Source of the DNA: Christensenella minuta
Lineage (GTDB): Bacteria > Bacillota > Clostridia > Christensenellales > Christensenellaceae
Length of the DNA: 32,000 bases
Direction: 5' to 3'
Assembly (NCBI RefSeq): GCF_003628755.1
Contig: NZ_CP029256.1
Coordinates: 111,585 to 143,584, forward strand
Under the pieces are notes generated by a model, which was given only the letters and a program-made list of their open reading frames with translations, was not told the DNA's origin and did no database searches. Position 1 is the first letter of the stretch. The number at the start of each line of letters is the position of its first letter. Shown here one piece after another: positions 14,448-23,470 of the stretch. A program made the translations under genes and the position numbers.

Positions 14448-17400
14448 GTGGTTTTAACGAAAGGAAAAAGCAAACTGGCTTTTACGCTGGTAGAACTCGT
14501 TGTCACCATTGCGATTATCGGAGTGCTGGCGGGAATATTGATCCCGTCGATTTTTGGTTACATCAAAATGGCCAAAATGGAAGGGCTCAATAACAACGCC
14601 CGTACGGTTTTTCTGGCGGCGCAGAACTACCTGACAGGCTGGACGGGCGACGGGAACGACGCGGCGGCGCTTGATCCGGATGGAGCGCCGGTAGACCTTA
14701 AAAAGATACTGCCGGAAGTCCCGCAAAAAGAAATGGACGAAAACGGCGGCAATATCAGACACCTCGCGCTCGCGCGCATGGATTCAGATGGGGAAAAACG
14801 GCAAAGCAGGCTCTACCAGCTCCTCTCCGGTTACATTTCAGATCAGCTCTTATTGGAAAAATCGATCCTCCTCGAGTATAACGCGAAGACGGGGCAGGTG
14901 CGCTCCGCGTTTGTTTCGGAAGAACCGTTTTTAGACTACGCCGGGGAGGACGGCGATCCGACGAATGTGAACGACCGCAGGGAGGATGCCCTGTGGGAAA
15001 AAGAGCAGGGATATTACGGGGTGGATTATACGGGCAGCCTGCCCGAACGCGTGGAAGACCAGACTCTTTCCGTACGTATCGTGAACAGCGGCGGCATGCT
15101 GGGCGTGGAGTGCGACATTGCGGATTATTTGAACGCAAAGGAAAACACCCAATACGAATTCCGCGTATTTTCCTTGGAGGACCCGAAAAAAGGATATACG
15201 TTCACCTTCGACCCCAACGCGGTCACCGACCGGGCGTCCGCCGGTGGAACGGTATGGGCGGTCACGTACAACAACGCAAAAACCGCGATCGAAAAAGCGG
15301 ATCCTGCCAGGCCCATGGTCTATAAAACGGAGGTGGACCCGGACGGGACCGGGCACATCGTATGGATTCTCGATGTGTTCAGTGAATGGAACGCTTATAA
15401 TTCCACGCGGGACATGGGCATAGCGAATTGCTATCCCGACCTTCCGGTCGGCATGCTCGATGCGCAGGTTACGGCACGGGCGGCGGATACGGGCGGCGAG
15501 CTTGCCGTAAAGCAGTCCGGGAATATGGAGCACAGCTATTTTGCCGGGCAGGAAAAGGGGGCGGACGGAAGCCTTACCTATACGCTCCGTGACGCGCGGC
15601 AGTTAAACAATGTGCGCTATATGACCAACGAAAAAGGGTATATCACAGGCGCCTTCAAACAGATCGGCGATATCAGTATGCGGGCGTTTTTCGATCAAAC
15701 GGGCGACCGGGTCCTGGCCGAGGGAGCGCGGGTCACCATTGCGCCGCTGGGCATATTTGCCGGAACCTACAGCGCGGAGGACGCAAAGGCTGCGGTGGGA
15801 GAAGACGGAAACTATAAAATAACCGAGCTCATGGCCGCGTCCGTGTCCGGACAGGCCGGGCTGTTTGAGGAAAACCGGGGAAGCGTTCAAAACCTCACGG
15901 TCGAGGGCGCGCAGGTGGGAACGGAAACCGTTCCCGTGAGGACTGCGGGCGGCGTCATTGCGGGAACGAACGCAAACGTGGGCGTACTCCAAAACTGCAA
16001 TGTCTCGGGAAGCGTCACGGGCGGGGCGTCGGTAGGCGGCCTCGCGGGCGTGAACAACGGGAAGATCATTGGCTGCAAGAGCGGCGTATTCCCCGCGCCC
16101 GGGACGGCGAACGCCGTACAGTATACCTATAAAAATACTTATTTCTACACGGAAAAAGTGCTTCGGAACCAGAAACCGGTCGAGATCGAAAAGGAATTGC
16201 CGTGCGTGCTTTCTTCCGGGCAAGCCCGTGAAAAGGGTGCCGCTGTCGGCGGCGTTACGGGCACGAATGCGGGAACAGTCTCTCAGTGCATCAATATTTC
16301 ACAAATAGAGAACCACTCGGAAAACGGACGGGCGGGGGGCCTTGTGGGTCTTAATGCCGGAGGCGTGCTCAAGGAGAGCTATAATGCGGGCCGGGTCGTT
16401 GCGGAAGGAGACGGCGGCAGCGTTGGCGGCGCCGCAGGAGAAAACGGCGCGCGCATTGAAAACTGCTATAACACAGGACGGATCAATCTAAAGGACGGCG
16501 GCAAAAATGATCCCGGGGACGACATCCCGCTTGCAAACGGCATGATCGGCGGCGTAGCCGGCCGCAATACGCAGGACGGGCAGCTTGCGGACTGCTATGC
16601 GATCAACTATATCGGCTATAACGAGTGGCAGGAAAACACTGTTGCGGGCGGTATCGTCGGACGCGACGAAACAACGGACCCTGATTTTATCACCAACTGC
16701 AGTTTTATTCCCGGTGAAAACCTGACGAATGCGCTCGGCGTTTCCATCCTTGGCGCGCGCGGAGAACTGCGGGCCGTCTACCGGCCGGAAGACCTTGCGG
16801 ACTACTATACGGATGAGCCGTGGCGCAGGGACGACCCTTCCGTCGCGGATACTTTTTACTACAGGTATCCGTATTTATACGGCCTCAAAAGCGAGCAGGC
16901 CACTCCGTGGGAACAGATTACGCCGGCAGTACCAGCGCTCATGGCGCGTATGCAAAACGGCGAACTGCTGACGGCGGAATGGACCAATGGGGCCTCTGCC
17001 CTGCAAAAGGGAATTTCCGTGGAATTACTGGATGAAAGCGGCCATGTGCTCGACACCATCGGGGATATCAGCCTGCCTGCGCTGCGCGGTATAACATCCG
17101 TGCGCGAAGCCCTGCAAAATCCTCTGACCGGGAATTCAGGCAGGGAGTACCCCGTTTTTTACGAAGACGATACTTATAAAATTGTGTTGGACGGCATTTT
17201 GATGGACGATCTGCAAAACACGATCGAAAATCATTTCCGTGACCGGCAAGGCATTGGCGTGCGCGTGACCTATCCGGGAGAAGAAACAGTTGTTTCCAAC
17301 CTGGAAAATCCGCTGTACGCGGGGACGGCGGATGAGGGAAATCAGATCGCGAATGCGCGGCATCTATATAATGTACGCTACCGCAGCGGCGAAAATTTTG

Positions 17401-20156
17401 TGCAGACGGGAAATATCGGACTGCATAATTTCGACGGCAGCGAAGCGGTGATCCCGCCTATAGGCGAACTCACGGGCAGCTATGACGGCGGGGGTTATTC
17501 CATTTCCCAATTGCTGGTCGCCGCAAAAACCGGCGACGCGGGCTTGTTTGCGCAGGTCGGCGAGACGGCAGCGGTCAGGGACCTTGCTTTAGAATCGGGT
17601 GCGGTCATGGGCCGCGGAAACGTCGGCGGCATTGCCGGCGTGAACTATGGGACGGTAAGCGGCTGTACGGTCAAGCCGGGCGTAAGCGTTGCGGGCAGTG
17701 CCGGCAGCGCGGGAGAACAAAAGAATATCGGCGGCGTCGCCGGGCTGAACGCCGGGTCCGCTGCCGGTGCGGACAGGCGTCCCGTAACGCCTGCCGATAA
17801 TTACCTGCATGCCGAAAACGGCGCATGGCAGGGCAGCAAAGATAAACGGATTCTGTATACGGCCGGCGGCGCGCTGCCGGCTCAGTTCAACGAACTCTAT
17901 CTTGCGTTCCAAACGCTTGACCTGACGGAAACGAATACGCCGCCTGGCTGGGAAAAAAGGCCGGACCAGCTGGGCGTCGCGGTGACGATAGAAGACACGG
18001 TCTATCCGCTGTACCGGCGCAGTGCGGGGAGAATAACCGCCCTTACGGTGGCGGACCTCCAGGGCATGGGTGAAAAAGCGGCGCAGGGATATTATATCCG
18101 CTGCTATTTGACCTACGACGGTGCCGGATGGGCGCTGGAAGCGGACGGGCTGACCGACCAGCCCGGTTATTCCGCATATTCAGGCGAAATCATCGGTTGC
18201 ATCAACGAAGCGTCCCTCGCGCAGACGGCGGACACAGCGAATGCGGGAGACAGTCTCGGCGGTGTCGCTGGGGCCAACGAAAGCATCATCCGGGACTGTG
18301 TGAGCGGTACGGTTCCAGCGGCGCCTTCCATGACGCTGCAGGAGGTCCTTGCCAACGCGACGCGCTATACCGCGGTAAACGCAGAGACGGTGGGCGGCGT
18401 TACGGGCGGCAATACGGGCGAAATCACCGGATGCGTCAATGCGGCGCAGGTTTCTTCGGCTGCAGGCAGTCTCGCGGGCGGGATCGCGGGCAGCAGCGTA
18501 AACCTAGTCGACCGGTGCTACAACGCCGGGACCGTGCAAATGACGGGGGCCAGCGGCAGCGTAGGCGGCGTTTTAGGAAAAAACACCGGTACGGTTACCA
18601 ATTGCTATAATACGGGCCGCGTCAATGTGGAAAGCGTGAAAAAGTCCTCCGTAACGCTTGCGGACGGCAATATCGGCGGCGTTATCGGCCGAAACGGGGA
18701 AAGTGCCGCAGTGAATGCGTGCTATAACATCGGCTATGTAGGCGACGCAGCGGGCAGCGGCTCGGCGGGCGGCGTCATCGGCCTCAATAAAAATACGTCG
18801 CCGTCCGCTGCGCGGGTGCAGAATATCTACACGCTCGCGGAAGCGGCGCTCAATAAAAACGCCGTCGGCGCCGGAACGGTAAGCGGCGTACAGGATGAGC
18901 CGGTCACGAAGGATGCGCTCATTGCGGCACGTATCGGGACGGCGTTTACCGCGGATGCCGTCCCTGTGTCCGGCACCTATCTGTACCCGTATCCTTATCT
19001 GCGCGGCGCTTCCGCTGCGCAGCGCACCCCGTGGGAAGATACGACGCTGTCCGACGGCCTGAAGGGTTCGGGCACCTATGGCGATCCATACCAGGTTTGG
19101 AGCGCGGACGACCTGCAGCTCGTCGAACAGTACGACAGCAAAACAAACGACGCTTATTTCCAGCAAATGGAGGATATCGATATGCTGGGTGTAGGCTATC
19201 GGCCGATCGCCAGCTTCAAGGGTCATTTCGACGGGGCGGGACACATTATTTCAAACCTTACGCCGCTTATCGGAACGCTGGAAGGCGGCTCGGGAGATCC
19301 GGGGCGTTACGCGGGTGGGCTTATGCTCCGGTCCAATGGAAATGTCAGGAATGTCTGCCTGGTCAATCCGCAAATTGTGCTTTCCTACCGTGAGCCAAAG
19401 GATGCGTGGGGAAATATAAACCAGTTATATTTGGGCGGAATTGTGGGCATGACAAGCGGCCGGGTGGAAAACTGTATGGTGATCGGCGGTTCAATTACCG
19501 CGGTGATCGAAAGAGATGCTTTCGATGTGACCGCTTATCTGGGCGGCGCGGTAGGATATAACACGGGCGGGGCGGTTGATTATTGCGGCTGTACGGCGGA
19601 TATTATACTGGTAAACCAGGGCACGAAACTGAAAGGATCTTATCTGGGCGGTCTTTCCGGACGCAGCTATGGAAGCGGCGTGAGCCACTCCTATTTTGCG
19701 GGTACGCTCGGGAGCGTCGAAACATCCGTCCTTAAAGGAGGCATTGCGGGGCTCAATGAAGGTGCGGTTAATTCCTGCGTAATTCTCGAGGGCAGCGCAC
19801 AGCAGGCGGCAGGATCGGGCAATGCGGCTTCACCGGTGGAATTTTGCAGCGGACGTACTATGGCTTCAAATAGTATCCTCGGCATTCTGGGCGGCGGCGT
19901 GTGGCATTTTGTCCCGGAAAGCGGGTATCCGTATCCGCTTTCCGTCGATGTCACGGCGGTTCTGCCCGCGGCGTCCTTCAATACGCTTCCGGCAGAGGAG
20001 CCCTCGGCCCGGGAAACGGCCCCCAGCCCGTCAGGAGGCGCGGAGCCTTCGTCCCAAGAGACGGCGGAGCCGGAACTGTCTCCGTCCTTGCAGCCGGAAC
20101 TGGATGCGGCAAAAAGCAGTGCCGGATCGGAACAGACGGGCGGTGAGGCGGCATGA
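14448..20156 (+). CDS. Giant (1902 aa) prepilin-type N-terminal domain protein with about 20 GLUG-type repeats in three modules; candidate modular minor pilin / pilus-borne adhesin
   Basis: GTG at 14448 lies 7 nt after GGAGGGAG. The N-terminus MVLTKGKSKLA/FTLVELVVTIAIIGVLAGILIPSIFGY is a class III signal with Glu+5. The downstream part carries repeated GG(I/V/L)(A/V/T)G.N.G.(I/V)..C.N.G motifs, e.g. VGGLAGVNNGKIIGC, VGGAAGENGARIENCYNTGRI, VGGVLGKNTGTVTNCYNTGRV and LGGIVGMTSGRVENCMVIGG. These are typical of the GLUG motif family. There is no second TM segment and no LPxTG, and the C-terminal tail is rich in P, S, E and A. Confidence 0.9.
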   Translation: MVLTKGKSKLAFTLVELVVTIAIIGVLAGILIPSIFGYIKMAKMEGLNNNARTVFLAAQNYLTGWTGDGNDAAALDPDGAPVDLKKILPEVPQKEMDENGGNIRHLALARMDSDGEKRQSRLYQLLSGYISDQLLLEKSILLEYNAKTGQVRSAFVSEEPFLDYAGEDGDPTNVNDRREDALWEKEQGYYGVDYTGSLPERVEDQTLSVRIVNSGGMLGVECDIADYLNAKENTQYEFRVFSLEDPKKGYTFTFDPNAVTDRASAGGTVWAVTYNNAKTAIEKADPARPMVYKTEVDPDGTGHIVWILDVFSEWNAYNSTRDMGIANCYPDLPVGMLDAQVTARAADTGGELAVKQSGNMEHSYFAGQEKGADGSLTYTLRDARQLNNVRYMTNEKGYITGAFKQIGDISMRAFFDQTGDRVLAEGARVTIAPLGIFAGTYSAEDAKAAVGEDGNYKITELMAASVSGQAGLFEENRGSVQNLTVEGAQVGTETVPVRTAGGVIAGTNANVGVLQNCNVSGSVTGGASVGGLAGVNNGKIIGCKSGVFPAPGTANAVQYTYKNTYFYTEKVLRNQKPVEIEKELPCVLSSGQAREKGAAVGGVTGTNAGTVSQCINISQIENHSENGRAGGLVGLNAGGVLKESYNAGRVVAEGDGGSVGGAAGENGARIENCYNTGRINLKDGGKNDPGDDIPLANGMIGGVAGRNTQDGQLADCYAINYIGYNEWQENTVAGGIVGRDETTDPDFITNCSFIPGENLTNALGVSILGARGELRAVYRPEDLADYYTDEPWRRDDPSVADTFYYRYPYLYGLKSEQATPWEQITPAVPALMARMQNGELLTAEWTNGASALQKGISVELLDESGHVLDTIGDISLPALRGITSVREALQNPLTGNSGREYPVFYEDDTYKIVLDGILMDDLQNTIENHFRDRQGIGVRVTYPGEETVVSNLENPLYAGTADEGNQIANARHLYNVRYRSGENFVQTGNIGLHNFDGSEAVIPPIGELTGSYDGGGYSISQLLVAAKTGDAGLFAQVGETAAVRDLALESGAVMGRGNVGGIAGVNYGTVSGCTVKPGVSVAGSAGSAGEQKNIGGVAGLNAGSAAGADRRPVTPADNYLHAENGAWQGSKDKRILYTAGGALPAQFNELYLAFQTLDLTETNTPPGWEKRPDQLGVAVTIEDTVYPLYRRSAGRITALTVADLQGMGEKAAQGYYIRCYLTYDGAGWALEADGLTDQPGYSAYSGEIIGCINEASLAQTADTANAGDSLGGVAGANESIIRDCVSGTVPAAPSMTLQEVLANATRYTAVNAETVGGVTGGNTGEITGCVNAAQVSSAAGSLAGGIAGSSVNLVDRCYNAGTVQMTGASGSVGGVLGKNTGTVTNCYNTGRVNVESVKKSSVTLADGNIGGVIGRNGESAAVNACYNIGYVGDAAGSGSAGGVIGLNKNTSPSAARVQNIYTLAEAALNKNAVGAGTVSGVQDEPVTKDALIAARIGTAFTADAVPVSGTYLYPYPYLRGASAAQRTPWEDTTLSDGLKGSGTYGDPYQVWSADDLQLVEQYDSKTNDAYFQQMEDIDMLGVGYRPIASFKGHFDGAGHIISNLTPLIGTLEGGSGDPGRYAGGLMLRSNGNVRNVCLVNPQIVLSYREPKDAWGNINQLYLGGIVGMTSGRVENCMVIGGSITAVIERDAFDVTAYLGGAVGYNTGGAVDYCGCTADIILVNQGTKLKGSYLGGLSGRSYGSGVSHSYFAGTLGSVETSVLKGGIAGLNEGAVNSCVILEGSAQQAAGSGNAASPVEFCSGRTMASNSILGILGGGVWHFVPESGYPYPLSVDVTAVLPAASFNTLPAEEPSARETAPSPSGGAEPSSQETAEPELSPSLQPELDAAKSSAGSEQTGGEAA

Positions 20157-20713
20157 ACGGGAAGCGCAGGGCAAAAGAAGGGGCGTCGATGATTATCGCC
20201 CTGATCCTGCTGATCGTTTTCTTGGTGATCGGCACGTCCGTGCTCACAGCCGCGTCGGCGTCGGTCGGCAGAGCTGCGGCGCTGCGGGAGGAAAAGCAGC
20301 TTTATTATTTCGCGCGGTCGGTTGCCTCCACCTTCACGGAAGGAATGACGGACCTGTGGGGCACCGTATGGGGCCCCGTCAATAAAATGCTCGAAGCCGA
20401 CCGGGAAGGGGAAAAGACGGAATACAGCTACCATTGCACGGTTTCCGTGCAAAACCTGTCGCAGGACGGCGTGCCCGACGATTTTTTGTCGGAAGACGGT
20501 ACCCGGCTCAATATGGAGCCGGTCGCACTGACCGCGGAGGGTGTCCGCTTTGACGAAAACGGGACGCTGTATTCGGTCGGGAAACTGACCGCGGCGTTCC
20601 ATGTGCAATATAAAAGCCGGGACTATCAGCTTGTCGCGGAGTATACTTATCAAAAACCGGAGGATGGAGATGCGGAAACGGGCTGGACGCTTGTCAAATA
20701 CGGCAGGCCGTAA
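20153..20713 (+). CDS. PilX/GspK-like minor pseudopilin (no Glu+5)
   Basis: MNGKRRAKEGASMIIALILLIVFLVIGTSVLTAASASVGRA resembles the PilX N-terminal domain (basic stretch, G-A/S, then a hydrophobic helix). The ATG overlaps the upstream stop (ATGA at 20153-20156). The alternative ATG at 20189 is less consistent with the family. Confidence 0.65.
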   Translation: MNGKRRAKEGASMIIALILLIVFLVIGTSVLTAASASVGRAAALREEKQLYYFARSVASTFTEGMTDLWGTVWGPVNKMLEADREGEKTEYSYHCTVSVQNLSQDGVPDDFLSEDGTRLNMEPVALTAEGVRFDENGTLYSVGKLTAAFHVQYKSRDYQLVAEYTYQKPEDGDAETGWTLVKYGRP

Positions 20714-21020
20714 AACCGGGAATCGGTGGAAAAGGGGCGAGCTGCTGGTCGAGACGATCGTGGCGATCGCTGTTTTTGTAGTGGTCATGGTCGCGGTTTC
20801 GGCGATGGTGGCCGTCTCCTATCATATGCTCAATGCATCGCGGGAGCAATACGGACAGATACGCCAAAGATGCTCGGATATCGAAACCATGCAGGACGTG
20901 GGCGGCTACGAAAGCTCCGTACTGGAATTCCGGTTTGATGACCAAAACGATTCACAGACGAACGCCGCCATCCGGGTATATGGGGAAGGCCCGGTCACGT
21001 TCTTTACGCTGGGGAAATAA
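20670..21020 (+). CDS. Minor pilin-like protein with atypical G/ELLVE cleavage motif
   Basis: MRKRAGRLSNTAGRKTGNRWKRG/ELLVETIVAIAVFVVVMVAVSAMV has Gly-1, Glu+5 and a hydrophobic helix. GGAGG (20659-20663) lies 6 nt upstream of ATG 20670. It overlaps the preceding gene by 44 nt. Confidence 0.6.
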   Translation: MRKRAGRLSNTAGRKTGNRWKRGELLVETIVAIAVFVVVMVAVSAMVAVSYHMLNASREQYGQIRQRCSDIETMQDVGGYESSVLEFRFDDQNDSQTNAAIRVYGEGPVTFFTLGK

Positions 21021-21545
21021 ATGAGACGCAGGAACCTGTTACGGAAACTGAAGAAAGGCTTCACACTGGTCGAAATGGTGATCGCGATCGCTGTATTTGC
21101 GGTTTTTTCCGCCGGAACGGCGGCTGTTTTGGTGCCGGTGCTGAATGTTTACAGCGGCGCGGTCCAACTGTCCGACGCGCAGCTTGTCGCCGCCAACATA
21201 CTTGATGCGGTGCAAAACGAGCTTGTTTATGCGCGTCCGGATCGGGAACCCGAAATTTCGGAGGACGGTTCGCTGATCGAGTTTAACGGCGTTTATCCAA
21301 ACACGAGGATTACGTCGGCTCCCGCGGGGGAGACGCCGGGTTACCTGTATATTGCGCGCAGTGCGCAGGCAAACTTCGTGCCCTGCTATGACGAGCGCTA
21401 TTACCGCAGCGACACCGTAGAGGTGTTTTTTGCCAAAGCCGGGGAATCCCATGCCCTTACGGTCACGGTCACGGTGAAAGACAGGAACGGCCGCGCGGTC
21501 TATACGGCGAAGCAAAGCGTCACGCCGCTTGCTTGGGTTTCCTGA
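21021..21545 (+). CDS. Minor pilin (prepilin-type N-terminal cleavage/methylation domain)
   Basis: MRRRNLLRKLKKG/FTLVEMVIAIAVFAVFSAGTAAVLVPV carries the canonical motif. The ATG directly abuts the upstream TAA (21018-21023). Confidence 0.85.
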   Translation: MRRRNLLRKLKKGFTLVEMVIAIAVFAVFSAGTAAVLVPVLNVYSGAVQLSDAQLVAANILDAVQNELVYARPDREPEISEDGSLIEFNGVYPNTRITSAPAGETPGYLYIARSAQANFVPCYDERYYRSDTVEVFFAKAGESHALTVTVTVKDRNGRAVYTAKQSVTPLAWVS

Positions 21546-21654
21546 AATCCGTCCGCGGCGGACGCGGCCCCGTTCGGCCCTGCCGCCGTCTCCTGCGCTC
21601 CTGCCTTGGAGCGGCTGCGTTTTCCGTTTGCCAAAGCGAAATATCCGCAAAAGC

Positions 21655-21682
21655 GGGCCGCGCGCAATATTGCGCGCGGCCC
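21655..21682 (+). terminator. GC-rich perfect 28-nt palindrome; probable terminator of the minor-pilin operon
   Basis: GGGCCGCGCGCAAT/ATTGCGCGCGGCCC, followed by TGATTCTTGTT. It lies 110 nt after the stop at 21545 and overlaps the -35 region of the glnS promoter. Confidence 0.55.
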
Positions 21683-21689
21683 TGATTCT

Positions 21690-21698
21690 TGTTATAAT
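21690..21698 (+). promoter_or_regulatory. Extended -10 (TGT-TATAAT) for glnS-gltX
   Basis: TGTTATAAT lies 37 nt upstream of the glnS ATG. The RBS AAAGAGG is at 21721-21727. Confidence 0.5.
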
Positions 21699-21734
21699 AA
21701 AAGTTCGTAAGAGAATTGGAAAAGAGGTTCATTT

Positions 21735-23381
21735 ATGGCGGAAAACGAGTCAAAGAATTTTATCGAAGAGATTGTTGGGCGAGATCTTGCAGACGGAAAA
21801 GTGGATCGTGTTGTAACGCGGTTCCCACCCGAGCCGAACGGCTACCTGCATCTTGGCCACGCGAAATCCATCTGCCTCAATTTCGGGCTGGCGGAAAAGT
21901 TCGGCGGAAAGTGCAACCTGCGCTTTGACGATACCAATCCCGCCCGTGAAGATGTAGAATATATAAACGCCATCAAACGGGATATTGAATGGTTGGGTTT
22001 TGAATGGGCGGCCGAAGCCTATGGCTCGGATTATTTCGGATTCATGTATGAATGTGCGGAGCGCCTGATCGAAAAGGGGCTTGCCTATGTGGACGACCTC
22101 ACGCCGGAGGAAATGCGTGCATACCGCGGCACGCTCACGGAGCCGGGGAGGGAAAGCCCATACCGTGGAAGGACGCCCGAAGAGAATATGGACCTGTTCC
22201 GCCGTATGAAAGCGGGCGAATTTGAAGACGGCACAAAGGTGCTGCGCGCGAAGATCGACATGAGTTCCCCAAACCTTAACATGCGTGACCCCGCCATTTA
22301 CCGCATCGTAAAAGCGCCTCATCACCGTACGGGCGAAAAGTGGGTCATCTATCCGATGTACGATTTTGCGCATCCGCTCGAGGATGCCTGTGAGGGCGTG
22401 ACGCATTCGGTGTGCACGATGGAATTTGAAGACCACCGCCCGCTGTACGACTGGTTCATAGAAAACTGCGAGTGTAAGAACGTTCCGCACCAGTATGAGT
22501 TCGCGCGTCTCAACCTGACGCATACGGTTATGAGCAAACGGTACCTGAAAAAGCTGGTCGACGACGGCGTGGTCTACGGATGGGACGACCCGCGTATGCC
22601 CACGCTTTCCGGCGTGCGCCGCAGGGGATATACGCCCGCCGCGATCCGCGATTTCTGCGAACGTATCGGCGTTGCCAAGGCAGTATCCGAGGTAGACGTG
22701 CGCCTGCTCGAGCATTGCGTGCGCGAAGACCTCAACGCCCATGCGCCCCGCGTAATGGGGGTGCTCCGGCCTCTTAAGCTCACAATAGAAAACTATCCTG
22801 AGGGAAAAACGGAGCTGCTGGCGGCGGAAGACCTGCCGGGCGGGGAAAGCACTCATGAAGTGCCGTTCTCGAAGCACCTTTTTATCGAGCAGGACGATTT
22901 CCTCGAGGTAAAGCCCAACAATAAATATTTCCGTCTGTATGTGGGTGGCGAAGTACGCCTCAAGAATGCCTATATCATCAAGTGCGAACGTGTGGTGAAG
23001 GACGCAGACGGCAGCATCGCGGAAGTGGTCTGCACCTACGACGAAACAACGAAATCCGGCGGCGAGAACAGCGGACGGAAGGTCAAAGGCACGCTGCATT
23101 GGGTGGAGCGCGATACTGCGGTAAAGGCACAGGTGCGGCTGCTGGATTATCTGTTCACCGAGTCCGCAGACGGTACGTGCGTGGCGAACCCTGACTCGCT
23201 GACCGTCCTCGACGGCGCGGTGATCGAGCCGCATATCAGGACTGCGGAAAAGGGCAGCCGCTTCCAGTTCATGCGGCAGGGCTATTTCTGCATCGATACA
23301 AAAGATACGGCGGACGGCAAACTGGTATTCAACCAGATCGTGAGCCTGAAGGACAGCTTTGCCAAAACAATGAAAAAGTAA
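21735..23381 (+). CDS. glnS: Glutamine--tRNA ligase
   Basis: 548 aa. [44 protein letters not shown] contains the HIGH region, and [11 protein letters not shown] contains the KMSKS region. It has the typical GlnRS length and a C-terminal anticodon-binding domain. Confidence 0.97.
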   Translation: MAENESKNFIEEIVGRDLADGKVDRVVTRFPPEPNGYLHLGHAKSICLNFGLAEKFGGKCNLRFDDTNPAREDVEYINAIKRDIEWLGFEWAAEAYGSDYFGFMYECAERLIEKGLAYVDDLTPEEMRAYRGTLTEPGRESPYRGRTPEENMDLFRRMKAGEFEDGTKVLRAKIDMSSPNLNMRDPAIYRIVKAPHHRTGEKWVIYPMYDFAHPLEDACEGVTHSVCTMEFEDHRPLYDWFIENCECKNVPHQYEFARLNLTHTVMSKRYLKKLVDDGVVYGWDDPRMPTLSGVRRRGYTPAAIRDFCERIGVAKAVSEVDVRLLEHCVREDLNAHAPRVMGVLRPLKLTIENYPEGKTELLAAEDLPGGESTHEVPFSKHLFIEQDDFLEVKPNNKYFRLYVGGEVRLKNAYIIKCERVVKDADGSIAEVVCTYDETTKSGGENSGRKVKGTLHWVERDTAVKAQVRLLDYLFTESADGTCVANPDSLTVLDGAVIEPHIRTAEKGSRFQFMRQGYFCIDTKDTADGKLVFNQIVSLKDSFAKTMKK

Positions 23382-23470
23382 CGCGCGCCGTATGCGGCGG
23401 CAGGGCGGAGCGGCCTATAAGGTCCCTGCCAGAAGGAAGGAACAGACCAGGAATCGAAAGGAATGGTATT

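Noticed and set aside
14279-14593. 104-aa plus-strand ORF starting in the AT-rich promoter region and overlapping the start of the giant pilin gene
   Set aside because: It begins before the predicted -10 element, has no RBS, and is out of frame with the strongly supported GTG 14448 start. Its composition is basic and low-complexity.
19691-20788. 365-aa minus-strand ORF spanning the 3' end of the giant pilin gene and the PilX-like gene
   Set aside because: It crosses two well-supported plus-strand genes, has no RBS or recognisable domain, and has shadow-frame composition.
21546-21734. T-box leader upstream of glnS (and of gltX at 23382-23470)
   Set aside because: The predicted glnS leader is only about 30 nt after the TGTTATAAT promoter, and the gltX spacer is 89 nt. 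I saw no T-box sequence (GGUGGUACCGCG-like) or specifier architecture. The GC palindrome at 21655-21682 lies upstream of the promoter and is better explained as the pilin-operon terminator.
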